Source of the DNA: an uncultured Nitrososphaerota archaeon
GTDB lineage: Archaea; Thermoproteota; Nitrososphaeria; Nitrososphaerales; Gagatemarchaeaceae
Assembly: GCA_963838925.1 (NCBI GenBank)
Contig: CAWISW010000003.1
Coordinates: 672,001 to 736,000 of the forward strand
Direction: 5' to 3'
Length of the DNA stretch: 64,000 bases
Shown here in pieces: positions 38,775 to 48,120 of this stretch. A program made the position numbers and the translations under genes. Within the stretch, counting starts at the first letter, position 1. Each line of letters begins with the position of its first letter. The notes beneath the pieces are model-generated. The model did no database searches. It was given only the letters and a program-made list of their open reading frames with translations, and was not told where the DNA came from.

Positions 38775-39716
38775 ATGGAATCGCTGGAGAAGCTGGTCAT
38801 CATCGGCTCAGGCCCCGCCGGGTTGACAGCAGCGATCTACGGGTCGAGGGCCAACCTGAGCCCGGTCATGTACATGGGGAGCGTCCCCCTCGGGCAGCTC
38901 ATGCTCACCAGCGAAGTCGAGAACTTTCCAGGCTTCCCAGACCCCGTCCTGGGCCCTGAGCTCATGGAGAGGATGAAGGGCCAGGCGCAGCGCCTCGGGG
39001 CGAGGATGATCCAGGAGGACATCGTCAACGTCGACTTTGGGAGCTACCCGTTCGAGCTGGAGACGTCCGGAGGCGCGAACGTGCGCGCCCTCTCGGTGAT
39101 AGTGGCGACGGGCGCGACCCCAAGACGCCTCAACATCCCGTCCGAGGCAAGGCTCCAGGGCAAGGGCGTCTCCAACTGCGCCGTCTGCGACGGCTTCTTC
39201 TTCAAGGGCAAGAACGTCGCCGTGGTCGGGGGAGGGGACACCGCGATGGAGGAGGCCACGTTCCTGACGAACCTCGTCTCCTCAGTCCAGGTCGTGCACA
39301 GGAAAGGGGAGCTCAGGGCCAGCGCGGCGCTCAGCGACGAGGCGTTCAAGAATCCCAAGATCAAGTTCAACTGGAACAGCGTGGTCACCGACATCATAGG
39401 GAACGGGAAGGTGGAGGGGCTGGCGGTCAAGGACCTCAAGACGGGCCAGGAGACCAAGCTCGCTGTCGACGGCGTCTTCGTAGCGATCGGCTACGAGCCC
39501 AACACCAAGCTCTTCGAGGGGAAGCTCGAGCTCGAGCCCAACGGCTACATCAAGGTCAGGAACGAGACAGAGACCAGCGTCCCGGGGGTCTTCGCCGCCG
39601 GGGACGTCAGGGACTTCAAGTACAGGCAGGCCGTCACGGCAGCTGCCGACGGCTGCAAGGCCGTCCTCGACGCAGAGAAGTTCGTCCGAGAGCACGCGAA
39701 AGAACTGACAGTCTGA
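38775..39716 (+). CDS. trxB: Thioredoxin-disulfide reductase
   Basis: IIGSGPAGLTAA, CAVCDG, GGGDTAMEEA and GVFAAGDV...YRQA motifs. Confidence 0.96.
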   Translation: MESLEKLVIIGSGPAGLTAAIYGSRANLSPVMYMGSVPLGQLMLTSEVENFPGFPDPVLGPELMERMKGQAQRLGARMIQEDIVNVDFGSYPFELETSGGANVRALSVIVATGATPRRLNIPSEARLQGKGVSNCAVCDGFFFKGKNVAVVGGGDTAMEEATFLTNLVSSVQVVHRKGELRASAALSDEAFKNPKIKFNWNSVVTDIIGNGKVEGLAVKDLKTGQETKLAVDGVFVAIGYEPNTKLFEGKLELEPNGYIKVRNETETSVPGVFAAGDVRDFKYRQAVTAAADGCKAVLDAEKFVREHAKELTV

Positions 39717-39792
39717 GCCGTTCTCTCCGCTCAGAATCACCTACAGGCTTTATATCATGGTGGAGGCGCCGAAGCCCAACTGGTGCATTTCG

Positions 39793-40341
39793 TTGTCACA
39801 AGACAGTCCTGATATCAGAAACCAAGTGAACGCGAGCAGGGGTCCGCAGAAGAACCTAGAGCTCCTCATCCCGGGACTGAGGAACTACAGGAAGCTCGAC
39901 GACCTCCGCGTGGCGGACGACATGCTCCGCAACCAGGTCGCCGACAAGCTCATCCTCGCCAAGTCGAACCTCGAGGGCGTCAGGAAGCAGATGGCCTCCT
40001 CGGGCGACTTCACAAACCTGACGAACGTCGGCTCCCTCATCGCCCAGATCCAGCAGATAGCGGGGGAGGTCAGGCACGCCGAGCAGGGATACTCGGGCTG
40101 GGTGGCGAGCATCACCATCGACCAGAACAGGCTCAACCAGCTCTACGACAACGACTATGACTTTGTGAGCTCCGCATTCGCGCTGGTCGCCGCCACCTCC
40201 TCTCCAAACCTCGTGTACGACCCCGCCAACCAGGCCTCGATAATGGCGCCCCTCGCCAGAGTCGGTGGGGCCGTCTCGGACTTCAAGCAGAAGTGGGGCG
40301 TGAGGATGGAAGCGGTAAAGGGTATATTGGTCAAGCAGTGA
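39793..40341 (+). CDS. Hypothetical helical protein, first gene of the SPFH operon
   Basis: IPGLRNYR...R.AD..LR and GYSGW....I....L..LY..D pattern; co-oriented with the SPFH gene. Confidence 0.7.
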   Translation: MSQDSPDIRNQVNASRGPQKNLELLIPGLRNYRKLDDLRVADDMLRNQVADKLILAKSNLEGVRKQMASSGDFTNLTNVGSLIAQIQQIAGEVRHAEQGYSGWVASITIDQNRLNQLYDNDYDFVSSAFALVAATSSPNLVYDPANQASIMAPLARVGGAVSDFKQKWGVRMEAVKGILVKQ

Positions 40342-40362
40342 GCCAAAAGGAGAGATTAGACT

Positions 40363-41505
40363 ATGGTCAGCTTGTTCGGAAAGAAGCCTGCGGCGGGCCC
40401 TGACGCCCCCATCCCTGCGACTGGAGGGAGCGTCTTCGGTTCGACCGAGATAAACTGGGAGACCCAGTACAAGCAGGACAACGTGATGTGGAAGGTCCCC
40501 CGAAACATAGTGCTGAACGACAACATCGTCGTGAGGGAGGACGAGATCGCGGTGTTCTACAGGGACGGGAAGGTCCTGACGTACTTCGACCAGCCCAACA
40601 GGTACGCGCTCACTGACTTCAACGCACCAGTCGTGAAGAACCTCCTGAAGTTCTTCACCGGTGTGGTCCAGCAGGCCGAGGTCTACTACCTCCAGAAGAG
40701 GTTCATGGACGGCAAGTTCGGGAGCACACAGCCCTACCAGTTCACGGACCCGACCTTCGGGATCGTGAACCTCAGGGTCTTCGGGGAGTACAGGTGGCGC
40801 GTCTCCTCGCCTGAGAACTTCATCAACCAGTTCGTGGGCACATTCAACGCCGAGACCTCCGCGGACGTCGAGGACAGGCTGAAGGAGCAGATGGTCATAC
40901 TCCTCTACAACGCCCTCGGGAAGATGAAGGCCCAGGGCCTAAAGGTCACAGACCTGGCGGGCAACCTGACGAACGTCGAGCAGATGATACTCGCGTCCGC
41001 GCCCGACAACATCGGCCAGTACGGCGTCGAGATCAACAAGATATCCGGCCTCACCATCAGCCTGCCTGACGAGGTCCAGAAGGCCATCGACACGAGGTCG
41101 CAGATGCAGGTCCTCGGCGTCAACTACCTCCAGTACCAGGCGGGCCAGGCGATGACCGACGCGGCGAAGAACCCCTCCGGGGTGGCCGGCGTGGGCGCTG
41201 GCCTAGGCGTGGGACTGGGCGCGGGAGTGGGAGTCGGCGGGGCGTTCGGCTCCGCGATGATGGGTGGCATGGGAGGCATAAACCAAGGCCCGACCAGGTC
41301 ATGCTCCAACTGCGGCTCGATAATCCCCCTCAACACTGCGTTCTGCCCGAACTGCGGAGCCGCTCAGGCAGCCCCGGTGCAGCAGCAACAGCAGCCCCCG
41401 GCACAGCAGCAAGCGACAGCGGGGAAGTCGAAGTTCTGTCCCAACTGCGGCACGGCGCTCACCGGTCAGGTAAAGTTCTGCCCCAACTGCGGGTCGAAGG
41501 TGTAG
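40363..41505 (+). CDS. SPFH/Band-7 domain protein with zinc ribbons (YdjI-like)
   Basis: IVVREDEIAVFYRDGK, SLPDEVQKAID, Gly-rich linker, repeated FCPNCG. Confidence 0.88.
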   Translation: MVSLFGKKPAAGPDAPIPATGGSVFGSTEINWETQYKQDNVMWKVPRNIVLNDNIVVREDEIAVFYRDGKVLTYFDQPNRYALTDFNAPVVKNLLKFFTGVVQQAEVYYLQKRFMDGKFGSTQPYQFTDPTFGIVNLRVFGEYRWRVSSPENFINQFVGTFNAETSADVEDRLKEQMVILLYNALGKMKAQGLKVTDLAGNLTNVEQMILASAPDNIGQYGVEINKISGLTISLPDEVQKAIDTRSQMQVLGVNYLQYQAGQAMTDAAKNPSGVAGVGAGLGVGLGAGVGVGGAFGSAMMGGMGGINQGPTRSCSNCGSIIPLNTAFCPNCGAAQAAPVQQQQQPPAQQQATAGKSKFCPNCGTALTGQVKFCPNCGSKV

Positions 41506-41511
41506 CGAAGG

Positions 41512-42621
41512 ATGAACTGCCCGAACTGCGGCACCCAGCTCCCTGACGGTGCGATGTTCTGCTACAAGTGCGGCTCCAGCGTCGCCCCCAGAGGAGGCGC
41601 GCAGCCCGCCCAGCAGGGCGCCGGAGGAGCGTCGGTTCAGCAAAGGAGCGGGCCAGTTGTGGCCCCCGCTGACGCCACCGCGCTCAAGTGCCCTAGCTGC
41701 GGCGCCCCCATATCGCCGAAGTTCGGCGAGATGGTGATCACCTGCGAGTACTGCGGGACGAGCATCACGCTGGGCAACCAGGGGTGGAAGGACATCCAGA
41801 AGCACACCATGCTGCCGCTTAACGTCACAAAAGACCAGGTCGAGGCCAAGGTCCAGGCGATGATGGACAAGGGCATCTTCAGGCACCACCTGCACGAGGA
41901 GTCGACCCTCGAGGAGATGACCGCCACCTTCATCCCCTACTGGATCATCCCCGTCTCTGCTCGCACGCAGATCGTAGCGGTAGACGAGATGCAGCAGGTG
42001 GGCCAGATTGCCACGACCGCAGCGCTGATAGGGGTGATGGGTGGATTCGGCGGTGGCAGGGGCGGAGGCTTCGGCGGCGGAGGAAGGAGAAGGTCGTTCG
42101 ACATGGCAAGCATGCTCGGCTCGACGAGGTCGTCGTTGTTCGGAGGCTTCAGGGGCGGGATGCTTTCCGGCGGACTGCCCGGGACGATGTTCTACGGTAT
42201 GGGCATGGGGATGGGCGGAGGAGGCGGGAGGAAGACCTTCCAGCTCGACATGAACTACAACTTCCCCGTGGTCGCGATGAAGGACCTCACCGAGTACCAG
42301 CCCAAGGACTACACCTTCGACCTGAGCCAGAGGGTGATATTCGACGTCTCGAAGATAGACAAGAGCATCAAGGTCCTCAACGGCGACATCAGCGAGGACG
42401 TCGCCCAGGGACAGGCCAAGACCCTCGTCGACCAGCTCCAGTCGCAGAAGGCGCACGAGGCGCACCACATGATCCAGCAGATTCACACCGACATGGACGT
42501 CGCGGAGGGGGAGCTGCTCCACGTCCCGGTCTGGTTCGTCCGCTACGACCACAAGGGCAACAAGATAGTGTTCGTCCTCGACGGGAACTCCGGGGCCGCC
42601 ATCAACAGCCTCGGCCTCTAG
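41512..42621 (+). CDS. Zinc-ribbon protein (YdjG-like)
   Basis: CPNCG/CYKCG and CPSCG/CEYCG ribbons; FIPYW; VPVWFVRY...LDGNSG. Confidence 0.8.
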   Translation: MNCPNCGTQLPDGAMFCYKCGSSVAPRGGAQPAQQGAGGASVQQRSGPVVAPADATALKCPSCGAPISPKFGEMVITCEYCGTSITLGNQGWKDIQKHTMLPLNVTKDQVEAKVQAMMDKGIFRHHLHEESTLEEMTATFIPYWIIPVSARTQIVAVDEMQQVGQIATTAALIGVMGGFGGGRGGGFGGGGRRRSFDMASMLGSTRSSLFGGFRGGMLSGGLPGTMFYGMGMGMGGGGGRKTFQLDMNYNFPVVAMKDLTEYQPKDYTFDLSQRVIFDVSKIDKSIKVLNGDISEDVAQGQAKTLVDQLQSQKAHEAHHMIQQIHTDMDVAEGELLHVPVWFVRYDHKGNKIVFVLDGNSGAAINSLGL

Positions 42622-42624
42622 CGC

Positions 42625-43773
42625 TCAGTCGCCCTTCTTCTTCGTCAGCCGGCTCGCGCCCGCCACCACGAAGAGCGCCAGCGCGAGGGTGACCGGTATC
42701 GCTGCCGCGACCGGGAACTCTGGGGTCGTCGACGTCTGCGTCACCGCACCCGAGATCTGGGCGTAGTACGTCGAAGCTATGGGGGCCAGCAGCGTCTGGC
42801 TGTTCTGGTTGACCGAATTCCCACCCACGCAGTACAAGTAGCCAGACGCGGCGACGCACGAGCTCGTGTCGATGGGCGTCGGGTACTGGGTCGCGCCGTT
42901 CCAGGAGCTCACCCCCAGGGGAGACGACTGCCCGAAGTAAGCGTCGGTGCTGCTGAGCAGGTTGCTGTCGTACCCTCCCACGCAGTAGACGTAGCCGGAG
43001 TACGGGGCGCACGACATCGACGCGAGGGACGTGGGGTACGAGAGCGCGGCCGTCCACTGGCCGATACCGGAAGAGGTCAGAGGGGCGTAGTACGCGCTCG
43101 ATATCGGGCTGTTCTGGTTCGAGCCGGTCTCGGTCTCGCCCCCCACGCAGTAGATGTCGCTCGCATAGACCACGCACGAGGCCCTGTCGACGGCCAAGGG
43201 GTACTGGGTCGTGCCCGACCAAGAGCTCAGGCCCGAGGAGATCGAAGCGTAGTAGGTCGAGCTGACCTCGTCGCCGTTCCCGTTGAACCCTCCCACGCAG
43301 TAGATGTACCCCGAATACACGACGCAGGAGATCCCGGCCAGGGCGCTGGGATACGAGGCGACGCTGGACCACGACCCGAGGCCTGATGATGACGCCTGAG
43401 CGAAGTAGACGTTGCTCACGTTGTTGGGGTAGTCCTCTCCGCCGACGCAGTAGACGCTCGAGGTGGCGTTGACGCACGCCGCGCTGTCGACCGCCGTCGG
43501 GTATGCAGGGCCCGCCGACCAGCTGCCTATCCCGGACGAGCCGAGCGTGGCGTAGTATACCTGGTTGTGGCTGTTGCCGCCTCCGCCAAAGCCTCCGACG
43601 CAGTAGACCCGGGCCGACACCGCCACGCACGAGTCTCCCGCGAGCGCGAGGGGGTAGCTGGTGGTCTTCGTCCACTGGCCCAGGGTCTCGGCGTGCGCGA
43701 TGCCCATGGGCGCCGCGAGCAGCACGAGGACGAGGCCGGCGAGGACGAGCTCCCGGGGCTTGACTGATGCCAA
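42625..43773 (-). CDS. Secreted Kelch-type six-blade beta-propeller with a PEF-CTERM-like sorting signal
   Basis: Signal peptide; six W....YP......SC......YCVGG repeats; TPEFP + TM + basic tail. Confidence 0.85.
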   Translation of the reverse strand: MASVKPRELVLAGLVLVLLAAPMGIAHAETLGQWTKTTSYPLALAGDSCVAVSARVYCVGGFGGGGNSHNQVYYATLGSSGIGSWSAGPAYPTAVDSAACVNATSSVYCVGGEDYPNNVSNVYFAQASSSGLGSWSSVASYPSALAGISCVVYSGYIYCVGGFNGNGDEVSSTYYASISSGLSSWSGTTQYPLAVDRASCVVYASDIYCVGGETETGSNQNSPISSAYYAPLTSSGIGQWTAALSYPTSLASMSCAPYSGYVYCVGGYDSNLLSSTDAYFGQSSPLGVSSWNGATQYPTPIDTSSCVAASGYLYCVGGNSVNQNSQTLLAPIASTYYAQISGAVTQTSTTPEFPVAAAIPVTLALALFVVAGASRLTKKKGD

Positions 43774-43801
43774 CGCAGAGACTCCCGCAGGAGGAAGCGT
43801 A

Positions 43802-44368
43802 TTAGCTTTGGCGGCTGCGGCGGCCGGCCTTCCCCTTCCTTATCGTGAAGACCGACAGGGTCTCGAAGAAGACCCTCTTCTCCGCCACGGACTCGACCTC
43901 GAGGCCGAGGTTGTCGCAGTGGGTGAGGAAGGCTCCCACGTCGCCCTCGTCCGAGAGGAGTGCGACGACCGTCCCCTGGTCTTTGAGCACCCTCAGGGCC
44001 TCCTCGAGGAAGGCGACCGCGACCTCCGTCCCGGTGGGGCCCCCGTCGACTGCCAGGTCCTCTATCCGGACCGAGGGCAGGTAGGGCGGGTTGAAGAAGA
44101 CCAGGTCGAAGACCCGGTCACGGAAGCACTTCGCCCTGTCTGCGAGCACCAGCTCCCATCCCGAACCCAGGGCCAGCCTCGCCTCCTCGCGGCCCATCAC
44201 GTCGGTCCCGACCGCCAGCCTGAACCTCTTCGCCGCCCCCTCCAGCACCGCGCCGCTCCCGAAGCCTATCTCGAGGCACGTCTCGCCGCGGAAGGGCTCG
44301 AGGGAGTCCCGCAGGAGGTAAGTGTCCTCCGCTGGCAGGTACCTGCCCCTTCCTGCTTTGGACGGCAA
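43802..44368 (-). CDS. HemK2/PrmC-like methyltransferase
   Basis: YLPAEDTYLL, LEIGFGSG and FNPPYLP motifs. Confidence 0.9.
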   Translation of the reverse strand: MPSKAGRGRYLPAEDTYLLRDSLEPFRGETCLEIGFGSGAVLEGAAKRFRLAVGTDVMGREEARLALGSGWELVLADRAKCFRDRVFDLVFFNPPYLPSVRIEDLAVDGGPTGTEVAVAFLEEALRVLKDQGTVVALLSDEGDVGAFLTHCDNLGLEVESVAEKRVFFETLSVFTIRKGKAGRRSRQS

Positions 44369-44388
44369 GGGGAAGGGAGCCCTCGGAT

Positions 44389-44655
44389 CTATTCCTGGAG
44401 GTCGCGGTTCGACATTACCTTGTACTCCTCAGGCGTCAGGACCTGGGTGACGTTCTGCGTCTGATAGAAGTACGCGGGGGCTCCGTCAGGGCCGTTGCCC
44501 GGGCGCCCGTCGGGGCCGAGCAGCCTGAACACCTTGACCATTACGGGTTTGACTCCCAGGACGGTGCCGTCGTCCAGCGAGTAGTAGCAGTATCTCTCCT
44601 GCAAGGGCTTGAATCCTACCAGCTTCCCCTTGGGTGCTTGTCCTTCTGGTGTCAT
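44389..44655 (-). CDS. Small hypothetical protein
   Basis: 88-aa ORF (E.Y..YSLDDGT.L..K) with a TTTAT box upstream. Confidence 0.65.
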   Translation of the reverse strand: MTPEGQAPKGKLVGFKPLQERYCYYSLDDGTVLGVKPVMVKVFRLLGPDGRPGNGPDGAPAYFYQTQNVTQVLTPEEYKVMSNRDLQE

Positions 44656-44697
44656 AGGCCCGGGGGATGATTGCCTGCGATAAAAGGAATGGCGGCC

Positions 44698-45909
44698 CTA
44701 CCGTCTCTTCAGCAGCTTCGCCGCTCCCGAGCTGAACTGCGCCGCCTTCTTGGGAGCCGCAGCGAGCTCCCCGGGGAGCCCCAGCTCGAGCGCCGCGGCC
44801 CGGAGGACGGCCTTGCGCTCGCCCTCCCTGATCTTGTAGCCGAGCGGGAGCCCAGCGGCAAACGAGGCGACCCTCGAGTCCGCGTACGGGAACCTCGCCT
44901 CGCACGACGCGGAGCATGCGGCCTCGTCCCTCAAGAAGCCCCTCTCCGCGCACGCCCTGACGTCCTCCGCCATCATCCTCTCAGCGACCCCAGCGCCCTG
45001 CGCCGCGGCCTTTGCGTACTTCATGTAGCCGCCGAAGAGCTCGTCCGCCAGCTGGCCGAGGATCATCATCCTCGCCTCGTTCTTCCTCGCGAGCTCGCTG
45101 GTCGTCGTGTAGATGCACCAGAGCGCCCTGTCCATGAGGGTCGCCTCCCCCGGGGGCAGCTCGGCCCCATCCAAAATCCTCGCCACCGCCCTCTCGTCGA
45201 GGACCGCCGTCTTCAGCCGCAGCCCCAGGAGCGAGGCGGCCCTCTCCGACTGCCCCTCGTCCCTCGAGCCGGGGGCGTACGCGGAGCAGAGCACAACGTC
45301 AGTGTGCCTCGAGGCGAGCAGCGCCAGCAGCGAGCTGTCGAGCCCGCCGGAGAACGATATTGCGACCCGCTCCTCCCCGCGCACCCGCTCCTCCACCGAC
45401 CCCTCGAGGATGGCCGCGAGCTCCTTCGCGGCATCACCGAATGTGAGGGCGCGCCTCGCGTCTTCGAGCTTGGCCGCCCTCCTCACCCTCACCCTCTCGC
45501 AGGTCGTCCCGGGAGGGATCAGCTCTCCCCTGCCCCCGAGCAGCCGGTAGTCGCTGGACATGGAGCCCGCGCCCCGCCCCCGGCGTACCACCCAGAGCCC
45601 CCTCGTCCCCAGCGCGTCCCTCGCCCCGTAGTAACCGGCCTCTCCCTTTCCCAGAAGCGCGTACTCGCCCCCCGGGAGCTCGCCACCCTCGCGTGCGTAG
45701 CCGTGCACCAGCGGGAGGCTCCCTGCTTCCAGCGAGAACGCGAGCGCCACCTCCTTCTTCCCGGAGAGCCTGGAGGCGCCAATCTCCTCGAACTCTCCGC
45801 CCGCGCTGACCAGGACCCTCTCCGCGTATCTCCTCACCCGCCGCTCGGCCCCCCGGGCGAGAGCGGGGGCGCCCTCGCCCCTGAAGAGCGCGAACCCGTT
45901 GGTCCTCAA
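44698..45909 (-). CDS. Asparagine synthase-related protein with a degenerate N-terminal domain
   Basis: ARDALGTRGL, SFSGGLDSSLLA, GQLADELFGGY and KKAAQFSSG motifs; TTG start overlapping the hel308 stop. Confidence 0.85.
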   Translation of the reverse strand: MRTNGFALFRGEGAPALARGAERRVRRYAERVLVSAGGEFEEIGASRLSGKKEVALAFSLEAGSLPLVHGYAREGGELPGGEYALLGKGEAGYYGARDALGTRGLWVVRRGRGAGSMSSDYRLLGGRGELIPPGTTCERVRVRRAAKLEDARRALTFGDAAKELAAILEGSVEERVRGEERVAISFSGGLDSSLLALLASRHTDVVLCSAYAPGSRDEGQSERAASLLGLRLKTAVLDERAVARILDGAELPPGEATLMDRALWCIYTTTSELARKNEARMMILGQLADELFGGYMKYAKAAAQGAGVAERMMAEDVRACAERGFLRDEAACSASCEARFPYADSRVASFAAGLPLGYKIREGERKAVLRAAALELGLPGELAAAPKKAAQFSSGAAKLLKRR

Positions 45910-48059
45910 CGGGCTGCCTCTTCCTTGATCTTCCTCGCCGTGACCGGGCCTATCTTCTCGACGAGCCCGAGCTTCTCCGCGGGCGCGTCCCGTATCGACT
46001 TTATCGTCTTGAACCCCGAGTTGTAGAGCGACCTCGCCCTCGCCCTCCCTACGCCGCGGATCTTCGTGAGCTCGACGAGCTCCGCCTTGACGCCCTTCTC
46101 CACCCTCTTCCTCAGGAACCCCGCCTCCTTTACGACCTCGTACTTGCCGAAGAGCTTCCCCAGCTCGCTCAGGCAGTAGAGGAGCCAGTCCGCGCTGTCG
46201 ACCGCCCTGTGGAGGTCCCCGGGCTCCGCGCCGAGCCTCTCGAGGATCGTGTCCTCCTTCTGCTCGTCTATCCACGAGTCGAGCACCATTATCGTCCTCA
46301 CCTCCTGCAGGATGTCCTCGTACTCCATGAACGACGAGCTCCTCCGCTCGTCGCCCAGCGAGAAAGAGAACCTGTTCGACTCGAGGAAGTCGTACGCCTG
46401 CTGGTAGTGCTTCTCCCTCATGGGGAACTTCGGCTCAAAGTCAGGAGCCCTCGCGATCAGGTGGAGCAGCCTCACGGTGTGGTCGGGGCCTGGCTCGAAG
46501 CCGCCCATGTTCTTCTTGAACAGGACACCGGTCAGCGGGTCGATGTAGAGCGTCGAGATCCTCTTCCCGAAGCCGGTCGCGTGGAACGCCCTGCTCTTCT
46601 CGACTATCAGCTGCTCAGCGAAGAGGTATCCCATCGCCGCGTCGACGTGCCTGGCGACCCCCTCCTTCCCCGTCTGGGCCGCGAGCAGCGTCTTCGAGAA
46701 GATGGAGTCTATCTCCTCCCTCGTGATCCCCATCCGGCTGGCTATCACGGCAAGAAGGTGGACGCGCATCCCCCTCTCACCCCCGAGCCTCGACTCTATC
46801 GGCTCGGGGCTCGACTCGACGTAGCGCCGCATCGCGTCCTCGGGGCTGTAGCTCGGGGGCGGGATAATCACCGTCTCGCCGTACTCGTCGTACTGAGGCC
46901 TCCCGGCCCTCCCGGCCATCTGCCTGTACTCCAGGACCGAGATGGGGGCGTTCATCCCCGCCTCGCCGTCGTACCTCGAGAGGTCAGCTATCACCACCCT
47001 CCTCGCCGGGAGGTTCACGCCGGCGGCTAGCGTGGGCGTGCTCGCGAGGACCTTCACTGCCCTCTCCCGGTACGCGTCCTCGACTATCTTCCTGTGCTCG
47101 TGCGGCAGCCCCGCGTGGTGGAAGGCCGCCCCGTTCGTCACGATGTCGGCCAGCAGCCTGCTGAGCCCCGTCTCCTCCCCGGACTCGCGGATCTTCCTCG
47201 CCGCCTCGCCGCACGCCAGCCTCTCCGCCTCCCCCAGGTACCTCGACGTGAGCTCTGAGGCCTTCGTGGCGAGGCTCACCGCCCTTCTCCTAGTGGAGGC
47301 AAAGATCAGCGACTGCCCGCCGGTCGAGACGGACTCTATGGCGACGTCTATCGCCGCGCCGTAGGTGGACCTGACGGTCTCGATCTCCCCCTGGAGGTCG
47401 CCGAACCACACGCGCCCGTGGTCGTACACCCCCTCGCGGAGGCGCACCGGCCTCCACGTCAGCTCGACGAGGTCCGACCTCAGCCACTTCGCGATCTCCT
47501 CCGCGTTGCTCACCGTGGCCGAGAGCGAGAGGAGCTGCGCCCTCACCCCGCTGTGGATCACCTTGGTGAGTATCATCTCGAGCGTCGGCCCCCTGTCGCC
47601 GCTCCCGGCGAGGTGCACCTCGTCGGAGATGAAGAGCCCCACGTCGGGGAGCCACGCTATCCCGTGCCTCAGGAGGGAGTCGAACTTCTCGTTGGTGAGG
47701 ACCAGGAGGTCGTAGTTCCTGAGCGCCTCCCCCGCCGAGTCGAAGTCGCCCGTCGAGATCACGCACTTCACCCCGAACCTCTCGAGGAGGTTCCGGAACT
47801 CCGCGTACTTCTCGGACGCGAGCGCCCTCAGCGGGCTGAGGTAGACGACCTTGCGCTTCTCCTCGACGATCCTCTTGTAGGCTGCCAGCGCGGCTATCAG
47901 GGTCTTGCCTGACGCCGTCGGGCTCGCAATCAGGAGGCTCCTCCCGTCGAGCAGCCCGGCATCGACTGCGGCGGCCTGCGGGGGATAGAGCTCGACGAAC
48001 CCCTGCGAGTTCAGGAAGGTCGTGAAGTCCTCAGGGAGCGGAAGGTCCTTCACCTTCAC
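45906..48059 (-). CDS. hel308: Hel308 (Hjm) ATP-dependent DNA helicase
   Basis: LYPPQ, PTASGKT, DEVH, LSAT, TPTLAAGVNLPA, QMAGRAGRP and GRARARSLY motifs. Confidence 0.95.
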   Translation of the reverse strand: MKVKDLPLPEDFTTFLNSQGFVELYPPQAAAVDAGLLDGRSLLIASPTASGKTLIAALAAYKRIVEEKRKVVYLSPLRALASEKYAEFRNLLERFGVKCVISTGDFDSAGEALRNYDLLVLTNEKFDSLLRHGIAWLPDVGLFISDEVHLAGSGDRGPTLEMILTKVIHSGVRAQLLSLSATVSNAEEIAKWLRSDLVELTWRPVRLREGVYDHGRVWFGDLQGEIETVRSTYGAAIDVAIESVSTGGQSLIFASTRRRAVSLATKASELTSRYLGEAERLACGEAARKIRESGEETGLSRLLADIVTNGAAFHHAGLPHEHRKIVEDAYRERAVKVLASTPTLAAGVNLPARRVVIADLSRYDGEAGMNAPISVLEYRQMAGRAGRPQYDEYGETVIIPPPSYSPEDAMRRYVESSPEPIESRLGGERGMRVHLLAVIASRMGITREEIDSIFSKTLLAAQTGKEGVARHVDAAMGYLFAEQLIVEKSRAFHATGFGKRISTLYIDPLTGVLFKKNMGGFEPGPDHTVRLLHLIARAPDFEPKFPMREKHYQQAYDFLESNRFSFSLGDERRSSSFMEYEDILQEVRTIMVLDSWIDEQKEDTILERLGAEPGDLHRAVDSADWLLYCLSELGKLFGKYEVVKEAGFLRKRVEKGVKAELVELTKIRGVGRARARSLYNSGFKTIKSIRDAPAEKLGLVEKIGPVTARKIKEEAAR

Positions 48060-48120
48060 GGCCGGGCACCCTCCCTCGCCTCGGCAGAGCTCCGCACGAG
48101 GATGTCAGGCCGCCTCCCTT

